Positions 62,581 through 64,000 of a DNA stretch of 64,000 bases are shown here, piece by piece. The DNA lies in NCBI RefSeq assembly GCF_032116555.1, contig NZ_CP134949.1, positions 2,480,001 to 2,544,000 of the forward strand, given 5' to 3'. Source of the DNA: Halorarum halobium. Lineage in GTDB: Archaea; Halobacteriota; Halobacteria; Halobacteriales; Haloferacaceae. The position numbers were made by a program, and so were the translations under genes. Every line of letters starts with the position of its first letter. Within the stretch, counting starts at the first letter, position 1. Under the pieces are notes generated by a model that was not told the origin of the DNA, searched no databases, and was given only the letters and a program-made list of their open reading frames with translations.

Positions 62581-62754
62581 ATGAGCGTCCTGCAGCGGCT
62601 CAGAGACGTGCTCGTTCCGGACACCGAGCGAGGAATCGTGTACGAGTGTGCGAACTGCGGTCACGTCGTCGAGGAGCCGCGGGAGCGGTGCCCCGAGTGC
62701 GGTTCGACGGAGATCATCGAGCAGGAGGGGTTCGACATGCGACCCGACGGATAG
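62581..62754 (+). CDS. Small CPxCG zinc-ribbon protein (57 aa; absent from ORF track)
   Basis: MSVLQRLRDVLVPDTERGIVYECANCGHVVEEPRERCPECGSTEIIEQEGFDMRPDG*. Confidence 0.8.
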   Translation: MSVLQRLRDVLVPDTERGIVYECANCGHVVEEPRERCPECGSTEIIEQEGFDMRPDG

Positions 62755-62853
62755 CCGGTGTGGGCGGCGACCCGCCGGCGGATCGTGCGATCGGCGAAGG
62801 ACGGACGGCGCGACGACTAAACAATTAAGACCCTCGACAGCAGTTATTCGGTT

Positions 62854-63903
62854 ATGAGTAAATCGGATCTCTCCACGGGGGCGGACGTGACCGACCCGGT
62901 CCGCGTGGGGCTGAACGGCTTCGGCCGGATCGGCCGCAACGTCTTCCGGGCGGTCATGGACGACCCGCGGATCGAACTCGTCGGCATCAACGACGTGATG
63001 TCGGGCGAGGACATGCGCTATCTCGCCGCCTACGACTCGGTGATGGGCCGACTGGACGGCGTGAGCTACGACGACGGGAGCGAGGAACTGGTCGTCGGCG
63101 ACTCCGCCGTGCCGGTGCTGGACGAGCAGGACCCGGCCGACCTCCCGTGGGACGAGTTCGACGTCGACGTCGCGCTCGAGTGCACGGGCGTGTTCCGCAC
63201 CCACGAGGACGCCGAGCGCCACGTCGCGGCCGGCGCGGACACCGTCGTCATCTCGGCGCCGCCGAAGGGCGAGCAGCCGGTCAAACAGCTCGTCTACGGC
63301 GTGAACCACGACGAGTACGCGGGCGAGTCGGTCGTCTCCAACGCCTCCTGTACGACGAACTCGGTGACGCCCGTGGCGAAGGTGCTCGACGAGGAGTTCG
63401 GCATCGAGTACGGGCTGCTCACCACGGTCCACGCCTACACAGGCTCGCAGAACCTGGTGGACGGGCCGAAGGGCAAGACCCGCCGCGGGCGCGCGGCGGC
63501 GGAGAACATCGTCCCCACCTCCACCGGCGCGGCGAAGGCCGCGACCGAAATCCTGCCCCAGTTGCAGGGAAAACTCGACGGGATGGCGATGCGCGTCCCG
63601 GTGCCGAACGGCTCCATCACCGAACTCGTCGTGGACCTCGAATCGTCGCCGAGCGCCCCCGAGATCAACGACGCGTTCCGCGCGGCCGCAGACGAGGGTC
63701 CGCTGGCCGGCGTGCTGGGCTACACCGACGACGAGGTCGTCTCGCGGGACATTTTGGGTCTGCCGTTCTCCTCCTACGCGGACCTCCCCTCGACCAACAC
63801 CGTCGGGGAGGACGGGCTGGCGAAGATCCTGACGTGGTACGACAACGAGTACGGCTTCTCGAACCGCCTGCTCGACGTGGCGGCCTTCGTGGACGCGAAC
63901 TGA
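62854..63903 (+). CDS. gap: Type I (bacterial-type) glyceraldehyde-3-phosphate dehydrogenase
   Basis: GLNGFGRIGR, SNASCTTN, TTVHAYT, PTSTGAA, MRVPVPNGS, WYDNEYG. Confidence 0.96.
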   Translation: MSKSDLSTGADVTDPVRVGLNGFGRIGRNVFRAVMDDPRIELVGINDVMSGEDMRYLAAYDSVMGRLDGVSYDDGSEELVVGDSAVPVLDEQDPADLPWDEFDVDVALECTGVFRTHEDAERHVAAGADTVVISAPPKGEQPVKQLVYGVNHDEYAGESVVSNASCTTNSVTPVAKVLDEEFGIEYGLLTTVHAYTGSQNLVDGPKGKTRRGRAAAENIVPTSTGAAKAATEILPQLQGKLDGMAMRVPVPNGSITELVVDLESSPSAPEINDAFRAAADEGPLAGVLGYTDDEVVSRDILGLPFSSYADLPSTNTVGEDGLAKILTWYDNEYGFSNRLLDVAAFVDAN

Positions 63904-64000
63904 GGCCGGGCCGGCACCGGCCGTCGATGACCGACCCGCGGTCGCCGACTGACCGGCCGACGGTCGCAGATCCCCGGCGGGAAGTCACGGAGTAGTTTTA

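Overview
High-GC haloarchaeal (Halobacteria-type) chromosomal window. Supporting signs: very acidic proteins, Tat-lipoprotein signals ending in LAGC, haloarchaeal IclR/HTH-10/HalOD1/CPxCG families and leaderless-type promoters. All family calls come from motif recognition by eye; no database was searched. Content, left to right: (1) 1-10.4 kb, a co-oriented, largely translationally coupled cluster of NamZ-like muramidase, Opp/Dpp ABC transporter, AmiE-like serine hydrolase, AnmK, HAD phosphatase and RidA. It looks like a system for scavenging bacterial peptidoglycan fragments in an organism that has no peptidoglycan, and is the most interesting item. (2) 10.5-19.7 kb, an unassigned catabolic module (creatininase-family, TRAP transporter, Fe-ADH, IclR, cupin, CoA ligase) with three copies of a CGTTCGA-N5-TCGAACG operator. 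(3) 20.4-27.9 kb, a sugar/sugar-acid ABC transporter with mannonate dehydratase and IclR. (4) 28.6-36.8 kb, a copper island (CopA, Lrp-TRASH regulator, CopZ, a frameshifted pseudogene, YHS-permease, CopB). (5) 36.8-45 kb, an ion channel, PIMT paralogues, small proteins and an IS5 relic. (6) 45-55.4 kb, a form II (AYRGAGR) CoxSLM molybdoenzyme cluster with maturation genes. (7) 55.5-64 kb, methyltransferase, regulator, an iron module with two DtxR-type boxes and a candidate uORF, then RimK-like ligase, Hsp20, a CPxCG microprotein and type I GAPDH. No rRNA, tRNA or CRISPR array was recognised.
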